Notes: a model not told the origin generated them from the sequence alone. A stretch of DNA of 64,000 nt from an uncultured archaeon (GCA_964607835.1 CAZSLL010000003.1:3826-67825), one strand, 5' to 3'; positions 19,637 to 30,349 are shown, counted from the first letter of the stretch. Numbers and translations: made by a program.

Positions 19637-20233
19637 TCACGGGTTCCAGTAGTCAGCCTTTGGAGCCCTCCACTCCCGGTATAATTGCCTTGTATGCTTA
19701 ATCGCTTCAGCGCAGTAACTGAGAAAGTATTCGAATCTGTATACAAGTTTACTGTAGAAGATTAACACAAGAGAGAGCCCGAATCCCGCTAAGAGGAAGG
19801 GGTTTCCTGTCACAAGGAAGGCCACCAGTCCCGTCATGACTATCAGCTCTGCTGAAAGCCTGTCTTTTGGTATTCGCAGCCTTACGAAGCGCATGTTCAA
19901 TCGCTTTGAGTTGGGGGCAATCACCAACCCGGCAGCGAACCCTCCGGACAGCCACAGGAAGCCCCAGAAGGAGAAGCCTGCTATAATCGCATAGGGAATA
20001 AGGGCAATAAAGATGTATGCCACAGGGAAAAACCTGATGAATCCGGTCCTGCCAGGTAAAAGTTTATAGGAGTTCCATATCACCCAAGTGGTTGCGATGA
20101 CGTAGTATATCGTCACGCCTGTGACCAAAAGAAGGGGCCCGTGAGCCGTGAACCCGAGCACTGATATGCCCGAGGAGGCCAGGAACACCCCAACAGAAAT
20201 CATAAATACGATTGCAATCTCCAGCCATGCCAT
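19637..20233 (-). CDS. Hypothetical multi-pass membrane protein
   Basis: Several hydrophobic segments; GGAGG RBS. Confidence 0.6.
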   Translation of the reverse strand: MAWLEIAIVFMISVGVFLASSGISVLGFTAHGPLLLVTGVTIYYVIATTWVIWNSYKLLPGRTGFIRFFPVAYIFIALIPYAIIAGFSFWGFLWLSGGFAAGLVIAPNSKRLNMRFVRLRIPKDRLSAELIVMTGLVAFLVTGNPFLLAGFGLSLVLIFYSKLVYRFEYFLSYCAEAIKHTRQLYREWRAPKADYWNP

Positions 20234-20248
20234 AGAGAATCCCTCCCT

Positions 20249-20902
20249 TCATCTCTTTGCGAATAGGTAAATGGTCAGCAGGAAAAGCACGGCCCCCAGC
20301 CCAATCGCAGCAGGGGCTGACCTGATGAGAAACCATGCTACCATGATGAAAATCAAAAGAAGCACGTACTTGAAGATGAGTCGCTCTATCCTGGTGGTCC
20401 TCTCCCACTCGCCCCTTCCCCTGTTCCTCTCGTAGGCCTCCTTCTGGGTCACGTATCCGCCGGGCTCCCTCTTCAGGTAGGTCATCCTTCTCGTGTTTCC
20501 CATATGCTCCTCTTTCACGACGTGCCTTCCTCCCCCCTTGGGCCTGTATAACTCCGGCAAAACCAGCGCCACCAGCCCGGCCAATATGCCCTTTCCAAAT
20601 GGCCAGAGGAAACCAGCCGGCACCGCCCCCACTGAAACCAGGACAGAGAGCCCTGTGGGCATGGCGCAGAGGATGAGCCAGATTAGCAGAAGCAAGCATC
20701 GGTCCTCAGAGGCAACCTCCAGAAGGCCCTCGCCCAGCCCTCTTGATTTGGTGTTCACCCAGACCAGGAGCACATAGATGAAGAGCGATGCGGCCAGGGT
20801 CCAGAAGTAGAGGGCCTGCTGCTCGCCCTCCAGTGATATCCAGGCGGCCACCGATGCCGCTGCCACAAATACCAGCATTGCAAGAAGCCTCAATCCAATC
20901 AC
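20249..20902 (-). CDS. Hypothetical multi-pass membrane protein
   Basis: GTG start overlapping the upstream stop; about 6 hydrophobic segments. Confidence 0.55.
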   Translation of the reverse strand: MIGLRLLAMLVFVAAASVAAWISLEGEQQALYFWTLAASLFIYVLLVWVNTKSRGLGEGLLEVASEDRCLLLLIWLILCAMPTGLSVLVSVGAVPAGFLWPFGKGILAGLVALVLPELYRPKGGGRHVVKEEHMGNTRRMTYLKREPGGYVTQKEAYERNRGRGEWERTTRIERLIFKYVLLLIFIMVAWFLIRSAPAAIGLGAVLFLLTIYLFAKR

Positions 20903-21132
20903 CCCCCTTTGATTGACTCTGATATATTGTGCGCGTTGAACCACGCAATCCCTGTTCCAAGCAGGAATCCTGCGGCGACCTGACACACCGCGTCTTTTCC
21001 CCATTCCCCGGCCCCTGTGCAGGGAAGACCCGGAAGCGTGATGGAAAGGAACCCCCACCACATCAGAAGAGAGAATACAAGGAACATGACCGGCCCCCAG
21101 GGAACCCTGCAATAAGCTTGCCTTGCATCCAT
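20899..21132 (-). CDS. Small hypothetical membrane protein
   Basis: GGAGG RBS, two hydrophobic segments, coupled to the downstream gene. Confidence 0.5.
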   Translation of the reverse strand: MDARQAYCRVPWGPVMFLVFSLLMWWGFLSITLPGLPCTGAGEWGKDAVCQVAAGFLLGTGIAWFNAHNISESIKGG

Positions 21133-21416
21133 AGCGAAGCCCTCCTTTCGTGAGAAATCGCGAGACCCCTCCCAGGGCCCGTAATGTTGGGGCCGGCCCA
21201 GGAAAGACTGGGCATGGCCTTGTTTCATTATATCACGGAATCCGAGGATGCCGTGCTTCATATATTAAGTTTTTCTTTTTGGAGAGCGTGAACGGGGAGG
21301 GCTATGATTCTGGTTTCCCGGAAAGCCATTTAAGCTTTGGCATCATACCCGGAAAGTTCAGTGATTTAAAAATCATTCCTGCATAGAATATGCTGTAAAC
21401 TCTAGGGGTAATTATA

Positions 21417-24400
21417 GTGGCTGACAAGAAAAATGCGGTGGCAGAAAAGAAAAAGAGAGACAGGAAGCCGCCTGAAGAGGATGAGGGAAAGAAGACCGAG
21501 ATGGTGGCAAGGCTCAAGGAGCTCCTCCACAAGAAATACCTTAAGCAGCTCAACAAGGCCGCCCTTGAGGAAAAGGCACTTGTTATAGACTTCGCCACCC
21601 TTAGCAAGTTCTCATACGAGCTGGGAGAGGCCCTGCTCAGCCAGCCTGACTTCCTCCTGGAATGCGCCAAGGAGGCAGAGGAGGCAATAGAGGGAGTGCC
21701 CGGGCCGGTTCCGGTCAGGATTATGAGCCTGCCTGAGATGACATCCATCAGGGACCTGAGGGCCAAGCACCTCGGAAGGTTCCTCTCAGTGGAGGGCACG
21801 GTCAGGAGGGCATCTGAGATAAGGCCTGAGATACAGAAGGTTCTCTGGGAGTGCCCTGAATGCGGGGACATCATAGAGGCCTACTCAGAGGTGGGCATGA
21901 TAAGGAAACCCTTTGCCTGCAACTGCGGCAACCGCACAGGGTTCATAAAGAAGCATTCAGTCCTGGTGGACACGAGGTGGGTGACCATAGAGGAGCCCTT
22001 CGAGCTCACAGAGGGTGACCGCCCCTCCCAGATAAATGTGGTCCTCAATGACGACCTTGTTTCCAGGCATGGGCGGCGCATGACAGACCCGGGGAACAGG
22101 ATAAAGGTCACCGGAATCCTGAGGGAGACTCCCAAGGGAAAGATATTCTCCTCCAAGCTCGACCTCTTCATGAGCGCTAACCACGTGGAGCCCACTGAGA
22201 TTGGCTGGCACATGCTGGACATCTCAGAGGAGGATGAGAAGGAAATCAAGAGGCTGGCAAAGGACCCCAAGATATACGACCTCCTGGTGGGCTCCCTTGC
22301 CCCAAGCCTGTACGGGCTCACTGAGATAAAGGAGAGCATAATACTCCAGCTGTTCGGCGGCGTTCCCCTGCACCTCAGGGACAAGACCCATGTCAGGGGA
22401 GACATCCACGTGCTGCTTATCGGTGACCCCGCAGCGGGAAAGTCCCAGCTCCTCAAGCTCGTCCCTGAAATAGTCCCCAGGGGCAAGTACGTGTCCGGTA
22501 AGGGGACAACAGGAGCCGGGCTGTGCACGGTCTATGACAGCCTGGTCCAGATGGAGGACGGCGGTTTTGTTAGGATTGGTGAGCTGGTGGAGAATGAGCT
22601 CAGTGGAAACTCAAAGAGTCATTCAGAGGGGATTACCGTGGCCAGCAACCCCTCCCGCAGGAAGGTACTCAGCCTCTCGGGAAGCAGCGGCAAGCTGAAA
22701 CCCATGGAAATCACCCAGTACTGGAAGATAAAGGCCCCTGGAAAGCTGGTCAGGATAACGACCAGAAGCGGAAGAGAGGTAACAGTGACCCCGGACAACC
22801 CCATACTGACCATGTGCAATGGCATTCTCGAATGGAAGAAGGCAGCACATCTCAGTGACTCTGATTACGTGGCCTCGGCGAGGGCCATTGCAAAGCCCCC
22901 TGAAAGGGATGTTCCCCTGGCTGACCTTGTCGAGGATTCTGTGCATGTGCTGGAGTCAGGGGACATAGTCAAGAGGCTTGTCCATGAGATAAGAGCCCGT
23001 GGCAGTATCAGGGAATATTCCGCAAGGTCAGGAATCAACGAAAACAGCCTTTACCATTCCTGGATAAGGAATGATGCTGTTGGAAACCCAGACATGGGCA
23101 CGCTCAGGGGAATATGCCGCGACATGGGAATGGATTACGGCGAGCTCATTCCCCCAAGGATGCGGCTCTCACAATACAAGGGCCATGAGATAATGCTTCC
23201 CAGGCACCTGAATGCAGACCTGATGTACATTGCAGGCCTTATTGCAGGGGATGGAAGCATATCAAGCACAGCTTATGGCGGAATGGACATCAAATTCTGC
23301 AGCGCTGACGAATGCCTCCTCGAGTCATTCCGCCGGCTTTGCGAGAAGCATCTGAGGGCTCCGCTAAGGGAGGAGTCCAGGGGAAGGATACCTTACATGA
23401 GGTTCAGGTCCAAGATATTCGCCAGGATACTCTCAGAGCTGGGAATACCCCACGGGAAGAAGTCGTCCAGCATCAGGGTTTCGCAGATGCTCTCGTCCCT
23501 CCCTGACAGCCTCGTCCGGGCCTATCTCCAGGGCATCTTCGACACGGATGGCAGTGTGCAGCCGCGGACATCCGGCTCCAGTGTCATTGAGCTCACCACA
23601 GCCAGCAGGGAATATGCCCGCGGAATCCAGCTCCTTCTCCTGAGGTTCGGCGTATTGTCTTCGGTAAGGGAGAGGAGGGCCACAGAATCCGTCATTCATG
23701 GCAGGACTGTCAGGTCTGGCAGGAAATGGAGCCTTGAGATAAGGGGCGAAAACACATCATCCTTCGATGGTAGTGTTGGCTTCAGGCTCGCCAGGAAGTC
23801 TGCCAGACTCGATGAGCTTATTTCCTCTTCAGGGAAGAGCAACACGAATACAGATGTTGTGCCCGGGATAGCGGGATTGCTCAGAAGGGCCAGGCTATCG
23901 GCAGGCCTCTCGGCAAAGCAGCTATACGGATACAAGAACTACACTTATGAGCGTGGTGAAAGAAGCCCTTCGCGGGTCATGCTCAAGAGAATAGCTGACA
24001 GGCTGGCTGAGCATTCCAGCGGCAGGGATGCAGAAACCCTCATGATGCTCGCCTGTTCAGATATCCTGTGGGAAAGGCCGCGAATTGGCCTCATCGACAA
24101 CAAGGAGCACGAATATGTGTATGACGTGACGGTCGAGGGGGAGCACAGCTTCATGGCCAATGGGGTGATAATCCACAACACCGCGACCGTGACCAAGGAT
24201 GAGCAGTTCATGGGAGGCTGGGTGCTCGAGGCAGGGGCCATGGTGCTTGCCAACAAGGGCATGCTCGCAGTGGACGAGTTCGAGAAGATGTCGCCAGAGG
24301 ATCAGGTGGCCATGCATGAGGGCCTTGAGCAGGGCACTGTGTCCATAGCCAAGGCCTCCATTGTGGCAACACTTCCCGCAAAGACCTCTGTGCTTGCGGG

Positions 24401-25124
24401 AGGCAACCCCAAGTTCTCCAGGTTCGACCCTTACGTGCCCATCTCAAAGCAGATAACAATCACAGACACCCTGCTCTCCAGGTTCGATCTCAAGTTCGCG
24501 ATCCAGGACAAGCCCCAGAGCGCGAGGGACAAGAGCGTGGTGGACCACGTCATAAAGACCAGGGAGGACGAGAACTTCGAGGGCGCCATGCCAAAGATAG
24601 ACCCTGCCTTCATAAGGAAGTACATAGCCTATGCCAGGGAGCACTGCGAGCCAAAGTTCAACAAGGAGGCAGGCAAGATTCTCAGGAACTTCTACATAAA
24701 GACCAGGAAGAGGTCAGAGGGCTCCGGCTCTGTGCCCATAACCATGAGGCAGTTCGAGGCCCTGCTCAGGCTCTCAGAGGCTTCTGCCAAGATTCAGCTC
24801 CAGCCCGAGGTCAGGAAGGAGGACGCCCAGAGGGCCATAAGGCTCATGAAATGCTCGCTCAAGCAGCTGGGGCTTGACCCCGAGACCGGCGAGATTGACA
24901 TAGACCGCTCTGAGGGAGGAACCCCTGCCAGCGAGAGGTCCAAGATAAGGATTGTTCTTGACATAATCGACAAGCTCTCTGAGACCAAGAAGGAGATAGC
25001 CCTGGAGGAGCTCAGGAGCGCCGCAAGGGGAGACGGCGTGGACGACGTGGACGACATCATCGAGAGGCTCAAGACCCAGGGCCTCCTCTTCGAGCCCTCC
25101 CCCGGATTCGTGCAGAAGGTTTAG
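21417..25124 (+). CDS. mcm: MCM replicative helicase (intein-containing)
   Basis: Zn finger, GDPAAGKSQ, DEFEKM, LLSRFD, C-terminal winged helix. Confidence 0.96.
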   Translation: MADKKNAVAEKKKRDRKPPEEDEGKKTEMVARLKELLHKKYLKQLNKAALEEKALVIDFATLSKFSYELGEALLSQPDFLLECAKEAEEAIEGVPGPVPVRIMSLPEMTSIRDLRAKHLGRFLSVEGTVRRASEIRPEIQKVLWECPECGDIIEAYSEVGMIRKPFACNCGNRTGFIKKHSVLVDTRWVTIEEPFELTEGDRPSQINVVLNDDLVSRHGRRMTDPGNRIKVTGILRETPKGKIFSSKLDLFMSANHVEPTEIGWHMLDISEEDEKEIKRLAKDPKIYDLLVGSLAPSLYGLTEIKESIILQLFGGVPLHLRDKTHVRGDIHVLLIGDPAAGKSQLLKLVPEIVPRGKYVSGKGTTGAGLCTVYDSLVQMEDGGFVRIGELVENELSGNSKSHSEGITVASNPSRRKVLSLSGSSGKLKPMEITQYWKIKAPGKLVRITTRSGREVTVTPDNPILTMCNGILEWKKAAHLSDSDYVASARAIAKPPERDVPLADLVEDSVHVLESGDIVKRLVHEIRARGSIREYSARSGINENSLYHSWIRNDAVGNPDMGTLRGICRDMGMDYGELIPPRMRLSQYKGHEIMLPRHLNADLMYIAGLIAGDGSISSTAYGGMDIKFCSADECLLESFRRLCEKHLRAPLREESRGRIPYMRFRSKIFARILSELGIPHGKKSSSIRVSQMLSSLPDSLVRAYLQGIFDTDGSVQPRTSGSSVIELTTASREYARGIQLLLLRFGVLSSVRERRATESVIHGRTVRSGRKWSLEIRGENTSSFDGSVGFRLARKSARLDELISSSGKSNTNTDVVPGIAGLLRRARLSAGLSAKQLYGYKNYTYERGERSPSRVMLKRIADRLAEHSSGRDAETLMMLACSDILWERPRIGLIDNKEHEYVYDVTVEGEHSFMANGVIIHNTATVTKDEQFMGGWVLEAGAMVLANKGMLAVDEFEKMSPEDQVAMHEGLEQGTVSIAKASIVATLPAKTSVLAGGNPKFSRFDPYVPISKQITITDTLLSRFDLKFAIQDKPQSARDKSVVDHVIKTREDENFEGAMPKIDPAFIRKYIAYAREHCEPKFNKEAGKILRNFYIKTRKRSEGSGSVPITMRQFEALLRLSEASAKIQLQPEVRKEDAQRAIRLMKCSLKQLGLDPETGEIDIDRSEGGTPASERSKIRIVLDIIDKLSETKKEIALEELRSAARGDGVDDVDDIIERLKTQGLLFEPSPGFVQKV
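22524..24179 (+). mobile_element. Intein with LAGLIDADG homing endonuclease in MCM (552 aa)
   Basis: GAGL|C...IIHN|T splice junctions; AGLIAGDG and QGIFDTDG motifs; YVYDVTV. Confidence 0.93.
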
Positions 25125-25213
25125 GGAGTCATGCATAACCATCCTGGGTAAGGTTACAGGCTTCCTGGGCTGGTCACACTATATGAATAAAACAGTTTCT
25201 CCCCAATCTGTAT

Positions 25214-26689
25214 ATGGCCAAGATTTCTGAGCGCACCTCCAGGACCTTCACAGAGTACCTCATCCTTCCCGGAAGGACATCCAGAAATGCCAGGATAGAG
25301 GACATCTCTCTGAGGAGCAGGCTCACCCATAACCTCGAGATTCCCCTTCCCTTTCTCAGCGCTGCCATGCAGTCAGTGACAGGCCACGAGTTGGCCATAG
25401 AGCTCGCCAAGCAGGGGGGCCTGGGCGTGGTGCCGGGAAGCCTTCCGGTTGAGGAGCAGGCCTCTGTCGTGAACATGGTGAAGCGATACAAGTCAGGCTT
25501 CGTGCACAATCCCATGACAGTATCACCCGATGACCGCATATCAAGGCTTCTGGAGCTGGAGAAGAGGCACGGCCATTCCACCTTCCCTGTTGTGGACCAG
25601 GGCAGGCTCGTTGGGCTCATAACAGAGAAGAAATACCACCCGGAGAAGGACAGGGATGTGCCGGTTTCCCAGAGGATGCTTCCCTTTGACAAGCTCATAA
25701 CAGGCAGGGAGGGCATGGGCCTGGACGAGGCCAATGACATGGTCATCCAGTCAGGCATAGGTGTCCTGCCCATAATAGACCAGGACAGGAACCTCAAATC
25801 CGTGGTCTTTTACAGGGACCTCAAGGAGCATATTACCTTCCCTGACGCATTCGTGGACCAGGGCAAGCGGCTGATGGTGGCGGCCGCCCTATCCACCCAC
25901 CCCGAGGACATGGTGAGGGCAGAGGCCGTGGTGAAGGCAGGCGCGGACTTCCTTTGCGTGGACTCATCTGACTTGTTCTCTGACTTCGCCCAGGAGGCCC
26001 TGGAGCGATATAAGCAGTTCAGGAAGCCCATAATCGCGGGCAACATTGTCACGGCAGAGGCATTCGATTTCCTGGCAGAGGCCGGGGCGGACTGCGTCAA
26101 GATAGGCCAGGGTTCGGGCTCCATATGCACCACCAGGAGGGTCAAGTCCACGGGAAGGGGCCAGGCCACAGCTGTCATGGAAGTCGCAAAAGCCAGGGAC
26201 AAATTCTTCTCTAAGACCGGGAAATACATCCCCATATGCTCTGACGGGGGAATAAGCTCCACAGGCGACATGGCCGTGGCCTTTGCTCTGGGGGCTGACC
26301 TGCTCATGATGGGCAAGTACTTCGCGGGGTTCACAGAGTCCCCCCAGGCCCTCGTTGAAAGGCCCTTCAGGGTCATAGCAGACGGGCCAGAGGACATGAG
26401 CACGGTCAACGCCTTTGTCAAGCCCTACTGGGGCGAGGCCTCTGCCAGGGCCAAGAACATAAGGCGATACGGGCACACAGACCCAAGGAGCTTTGTGATT
26501 GAGGGCGTGGAGGGATTCGTGCTCCACAAGGGGAGCCTTTCAGCGCAGGTGTCCAGGGATGTGCTGGCCCTGAAGGGCTCCATGAGCACAGCGGGCTGCA
26601 GGACCCTGAGTGAGCTCTACGAGAGGGCCAGGCTCGAGGTCCAGACCACGAGCTCGCACTCAGAGGGGGGGACCAGCGTGATAAAGTAG
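25214..26689 (+). CDS. guaB: IMP dehydrogenase with CBS domains
   Basis: LSAAMQSVT, KIGQGSGSICTTR, SDGGI. Confidence 0.92.
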   Translation: MAKISERTSRTFTEYLILPGRTSRNARIEDISLRSRLTHNLEIPLPFLSAAMQSVTGHELAIELAKQGGLGVVPGSLPVEEQASVVNMVKRYKSGFVHNPMTVSPDDRISRLLELEKRHGHSTFPVVDQGRLVGLITEKKYHPEKDRDVPVSQRMLPFDKLITGREGMGLDEANDMVIQSGIGVLPIIDQDRNLKSVVFYRDLKEHITFPDAFVDQGKRLMVAAALSTHPEDMVRAEAVVKAGADFLCVDSSDLFSDFAQEALERYKQFRKPIIAGNIVTAEAFDFLAEAGADCVKIGQGSGSICTTRRVKSTGRGQATAVMEVAKARDKFFSKTGKYIPICSDGGISSTGDMAVAFALGADLLMMGKYFAGFTESPQALVERPFRVIADGPEDMSTVNAFVKPYWGEASARAKNIRRYGHTDPRSFVIEGVEGFVLHKGSLSAQVSRDVLALKGSMSTAGCRTLSELYERARLEVQTTSSHSEGGTSVIK

Positions 26690-26786
26690 CCGCTTGATGA
26701 CCCTTTCAAACCAAAACCAGAAACATACGGCAAAATAACCCCAAAAATGCTTATAAACCACCTGGGACAATAATTAAAGGATGTCC

Positions 26787-27287
26787 ATGAAGAAAGCACA
26801 GTCTGCAATGGAATACCTGATGACATACGGATGGGCAATCCTGATCGTCATAATAGTGGCGGCGGCGCTCTATGCCCTGGGAATCTTCAATCCTGCGACA
26901 TACACCGGAAGGATACCCACGGGTTTCACGACTCTTGGCGCCCCAGAGGACTGGGATGTCAACAGCGATGGCGATGTAAGGATAATCCTGAACAACCGTC
27001 TGGCAAGCCAGATAACAGTGTACGAGATATCCGTTACCTCTGGCACCACAACTGACACCTGGGAAACAGTCGGCTGCACCGGGGCAGGGACCTACCTGAC
27101 CATAGCACCGAACGGCCAGGTTGAACCCTCGAATACAACGTGTCCGAGCTCGAATGAGGAATACGAGCTCAACGTGGGTTCCCAGACCTCAGGAACAACC
27201 TACTCCGTAGATGTCGAGATACTCTACAATTCAGGCGGCTTCAACCACACTGAATCAGGCAAGATAACGGGCACCATCAGCTCCTAA
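26787..27287 (+). CDS. Type IV pilin (class III signal peptide)
   Basis: MKKA|QSAMEYLMTYGWAILIVIIV with Glu at +5. Confidence 0.9.
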   Translation: MKKAQSAMEYLMTYGWAILIVIIVAAALYALGIFNPATYTGRIPTGFTTLGAPEDWDVNSDGDVRIILNNRLASQITVYEISVTSGTTTDTWETVGCTGAGTYLTIAPNGQVEPSNTTCPSSNEEYELNVGSQTSGTTYSVDVEILYNSGGFNHTESGKITGTISS

Positions 27288-27378
27288 ACGGGCTGATTGT
27301 GTCTGACCGCCTTTAACTTTTCTTTATTTATTACTCTGCTTCTTGTTTTTATTAACCGGAAGCAGCAATACTTTTATT

Positions 27379-27720
27379 ATGCACAAACAAGTAATAGCAG
27401 TCCGCAGGGACCTGAAGCTCTCCAGGGGAAAGCTCGCGGTCCAGGTTGCCCACGCCTCTCTGGAGGCCTACAAGAGAGTTGACTCCCGTTCCAGGGATGC
27501 CTGGGAGAGGGACGGCTCCAAGAAGGTGGTGGTGGGGGTCCAGGACCTGAGGGAACTTGAGGAGCTCCACAGGAAGGCCCGCTCCAAGAAGCTCCCCTGC
27601 GCCCTGATAAGGGATGCGGGAAGGACAGAGCTCCCCCCGGGGACGGTTACCTGCCTGGGCATAGGCCCGGTAAATGAGGGAGAGGCGGACAGCGTGACAG
27701 GAAACCTGAAGATGATATGA
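27379..27720 (+). CDS. pth2: Peptidyl-tRNA hydrolase Pth2
   Basis: KQVIAVRRDL..GKLAVQVAHA, DAGRTE. Confidence 0.95.
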   Translation: MHKQVIAVRRDLKLSRGKLAVQVAHASLEAYKRVDSRSRDAWERDGSKKVVVGVQDLRELEELHRKARSKKLPCALIRDAGRTELPPGTVTCLGIGPVNEGEADSVTGNLKMI

Positions 27721-27732
27721 GGAGGATTTGAC

Positions 27733-28194
27733 ATGACAAAGGACATTTCAGTGAACACCGGGGACCAGGAGAGGGTCACCCAGGAGAACGTGCAGGAGAA
27801 GTTCATGATATACCAGCTCATGGAGCGGCAGGTTGAGCAGCTCGGCGAGCACAGGAACATGGTGGACAACAGGATGGTAGAGATAGAGACCACCCGAAAC
27901 GCCCTGAACGAGATAGAGGGACTGGAGAAGGACAATGAGGCCCTTGTCCCCCTGGGAAGCGGGATATACACCAGGGTGAGGATAACAACCAAGGACGTGC
28001 TCGAGGAGCTCGGTGCAGGCACCATGCAGGAGAGCGACATAAATGGCGCCAAGGCATTCCTGGACAAGAGGAAGAAGGAGCTCGACAACGCCGGGAGCCA
28101 GATTGACGAGCAGGTTGCAGAACTCAACCGAAGGCTGGCAGAGCTCAGGCCTGAGCTCCAGAGAATAGCTGCCCAGCTTCAGGGCCAGCAGTGA
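27733..28194 (+). CDS. pfdA: Prefoldin subunit alpha
   Basis: Coiled coils flanking LVPLGSGIY...ELGAG beta hairpins. Confidence 0.88.
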   Translation: MTKDISVNTGDQERVTQENVQEKFMIYQLMERQVEQLGEHRNMVDNRMVEIETTRNALNEIEGLEKDNEALVPLGSGIYTRVRITTKDVLEELGAGTMQESDINGAKAFLDKRKKELDNAGSQIDEQVAELNRRLAELRPELQRIAAQLQGQQ

Positions 28195-28664
28195 TTTCCC
28201 TGACATGATTCTCAGGTGATTGTGATTCCCAGCACCAGCTGTATGCTGTTGCCGGAATTGCCGAAACCCAGGCCCGGGAGGCGGAGGCTGCTATTCGCGG
28301 TCCGCTTCCTGAGTCGGAAGGAAGCCTCTTCTCAGAGACGCCGCGCATTCAGAGGGACATACGCTCCCGGAGCTTTCGCCTTCCGGCAGTCCCGGGCACA
28401 GGGCCCCGGCTTTTCTTAAAGCGCTGACATTCCCCGGAATAGAACCAGGGAAAACAGAGTCGGGCGAAGGAGAAAGGGTCATCCAGAAACCAAGGAATCA
28501 TCCCCAATCATACCCATGTAGTCTTCATGGCGATTGGGAACACGTTTAGATAGCCCTTGCACACGCTAAGAAGGTGCCCACAATTCATTGCGGAAACGGG
28601 CCTGGTCTGCATGGCTATCTCTAAATAATTAACCTATTAGTTTAAAAAAATTCCGGTTGCCCGG

Positions 28665-29000
28665 CTACTTGTGCTCGTACTTTTCCTTGAGCTCGATGTC
28701 TATCTTTACGCCCTCTGGTATGTGAATCCTCACGACCTGCCTGAGGGCCCGCTCGTTGGAGCCTATGTCCACGATCCTCTTGTGAATTCTCATCTCCCAG
28801 CGGTCCCAGGTTGCGTTTCCGTGCCCGGTCCCGTCTCCGCAGGGGGTCTTGAGTGTCTGTATCCTGAACTTCTTTGTGGGAAGCGGTATGGGTCCCCTTA
28901 TGGAAACCCCGTATCTCTTTGCGATGTCCATAATCTGGTCTATTATGGTCTGCAGCTCCTCTGTGCTCCTTCCCGCCAGCTTAATCCTCGCGAATTCCAT
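28665..29000 (-). CDS. rps10: 30S ribosomal protein S10
   Basis: ARIKL, GPIPLPTK, KTPCGDG, WEMRIHKR. Confidence 0.95.
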   Translation of the reverse strand: MEFARIKLAGRSTEELQTIIDQIMDIAKRYGVSIRGPIPLPTKKFRIQTLKTPCGDGTGHGNATWDRWEMRIHKRIVDIGSNERALRQVVRIHIPEGVKIDIELKEKYEHK

Positions 29001-29069
29001 TTCCTTCACCTTGATTGTTTTCCATGGCAAACCTTTTCTCCCCGCCCTTATGGACTGGACTGAAAGGCT

Positions 29070-29498
29070 CTATCTCTTTGACCTCTGCTTGTATCTCCTT
29101 GGACCCTGCGAGGACCTCGGGGGCTTGTGGGGTTCTGTCCTCCTGGGGTCGTAAGCCACCAGGCTCCTGTCAAGGGCAAGGTACTTCTTCCTGAGGTCTT
29201 CGCCCATGGCATGCACCAGGCCCTTTGCTATGGCCTGCCTGACCGCGTCCACCTGCCCGGTGTTGCCGCCTCCCTTGACGTTTATGCTCACGTCCCATGC
29301 CCTCCAGGCGTCTCCTGCTATCATAAGGGGCTCCTGCAGCCTGAGCCTGAACATCTCGTTCTCCACTGAGTCCACTGGGATATTGTTGATCCTGATGCTG
29401 CCCTTTCCGGCCTTGAACCTGGCCCTTGCTATGGCCTTCTTCCTCTTGCCCACCGTGAGGAAGGCCTTCTCCTTCTTGTCCTTTTTCTCTTCAGCCAT
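29070..29498 (-). CDS. rps9: 30S ribosomal protein S9
   Basis: GKRKKAIARA, GGG..GQ..A.RQAIA, C-terminal QRSKR. Confidence 0.96.
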   Translation of the reverse strand: MAEEKKDKKEKAFLTVGKRKKAIARARFKAGKGSIRINNIPVDSVENEMFRLRLQEPLMIAGDAWRAWDVSINVKGGGNTGQVDAVRQAIAKGLVHAMGEDLRKKYLALDRSLVAYDPRRTEPHKPPRSSQGPRRYKQRSKR

Positions 29499-29567
29499 TG
29501 TCTCTCCATCAGTCGCCGCAGGCGACTGCAGGTAACCGGTTCACTCCGGGCCTGTTATAACATCATC

Positions 29568-29987
29568 TTACCAGGTCTTCTTGGTCCCGACCTTCTGGGC
29601 CAGTTTCCCGAGCTCCATGTATTTTGACCTCAGGTTGTTCCTGGCGCCCTCGGGCCTCACGAAATCCTTTCCCTGGAGCTCCTCAGGCACGGAAAGGTAC
29701 ACCCTGAGCCTCTTGAGAGCCTCCCTGCCCCTGGGGGTCTTTGGGAGCATGCCCCTCACGAACCTCTTGATGACCTGGTCAGGCCTCCTGGGGTAGAAGG
29801 GCCCGTGGTATGGGTCTCCCCTCTCGGATTTCTCCCTCATTGTCCTCACGCTGTAGGAGGGGTCCCCTGACATCACTGCCTTCTCTGCATTGACTATGTA
29901 TATTGACCTGCCCTTTATAAGTTCCTTGGCTGTCACTGATGCCAGCCTTCCTGCGATGCAGTCCTGTGCGTCGTATATATTTTCCAT
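29568..29987 (-). CDS. rpl13: 50S ribosomal protein L13
   Basis: GRLAS, NAEKAV, GPFYPRRPD, VRGMLP. Confidence 0.95.
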   Translation of the reverse strand: MENIYDAQDCIAGRLASVTAKELIKGRSIYIVNAEKAVMSGDPSYSVRTMREKSERGDPYHGPFYPRRPDQVIKRFVRGMLPKTPRGREALKRLRVYLSVPEELQGKDFVRPEGARNNLRSKYMELGKLAQKVGTKKTW

Positions 29988-29992
29988 CTGAA

Positions 29993-30349
29993 TCATCCAA
30001 GTATCCTTACCTTCTCTCCCTTGGGGTGCTTTTTCACGAGTTCCTCGATGGTCATTACAGCGCCCTTGGCTGCCTTTATCTTTCTCTCGGCCTCGTCGCT
30101 GAACTTCAGCGCGGCTATGGTAACGGGCTTGGTGAGCTCACCCTCCCCGAGCACCGCGCCCGGGACAATTGCCACCTGTCCCTTCTCCAGGTTCCTCTCA
30201 ATGAGCTTGAGGTTGACTTCGTGCCTCTTCCTGGTGGGCTTGTTGAGCAGCCTGGCTACCGCGTCCCATATGGGAGCCTTGTTATCGCTGCTGGCCATGT
30301 GGAGACCCTTTATGGTGTCCCTGAGCACAGGGTTCTTGTTCCGAATCAT
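29993..30349 (-). CDS. rpl18e: 50S ribosomal protein L18e
   Basis: IW..VA..L.KP.R...VNL, VPG.VLG.G, AALKFS. Confidence 0.95.
   Translation of the reverse strand: MIRNKNPVLRDTIKGLHMASSDNKAPIWDAVARLLNKPTRKRHEVNLKLIERNLEKGQVAIVPGAVLGEGELTKPVTIAALKFSDEAERKIKAAKGAVMTIEELVKKHPKGEKVRILG

Noticed and set aside
28250..28300. Possible HDV-like ribozyme on the minus strand
   Set aside because: P1/P2/P3 nested pseudoknot pairings could not be assembled.
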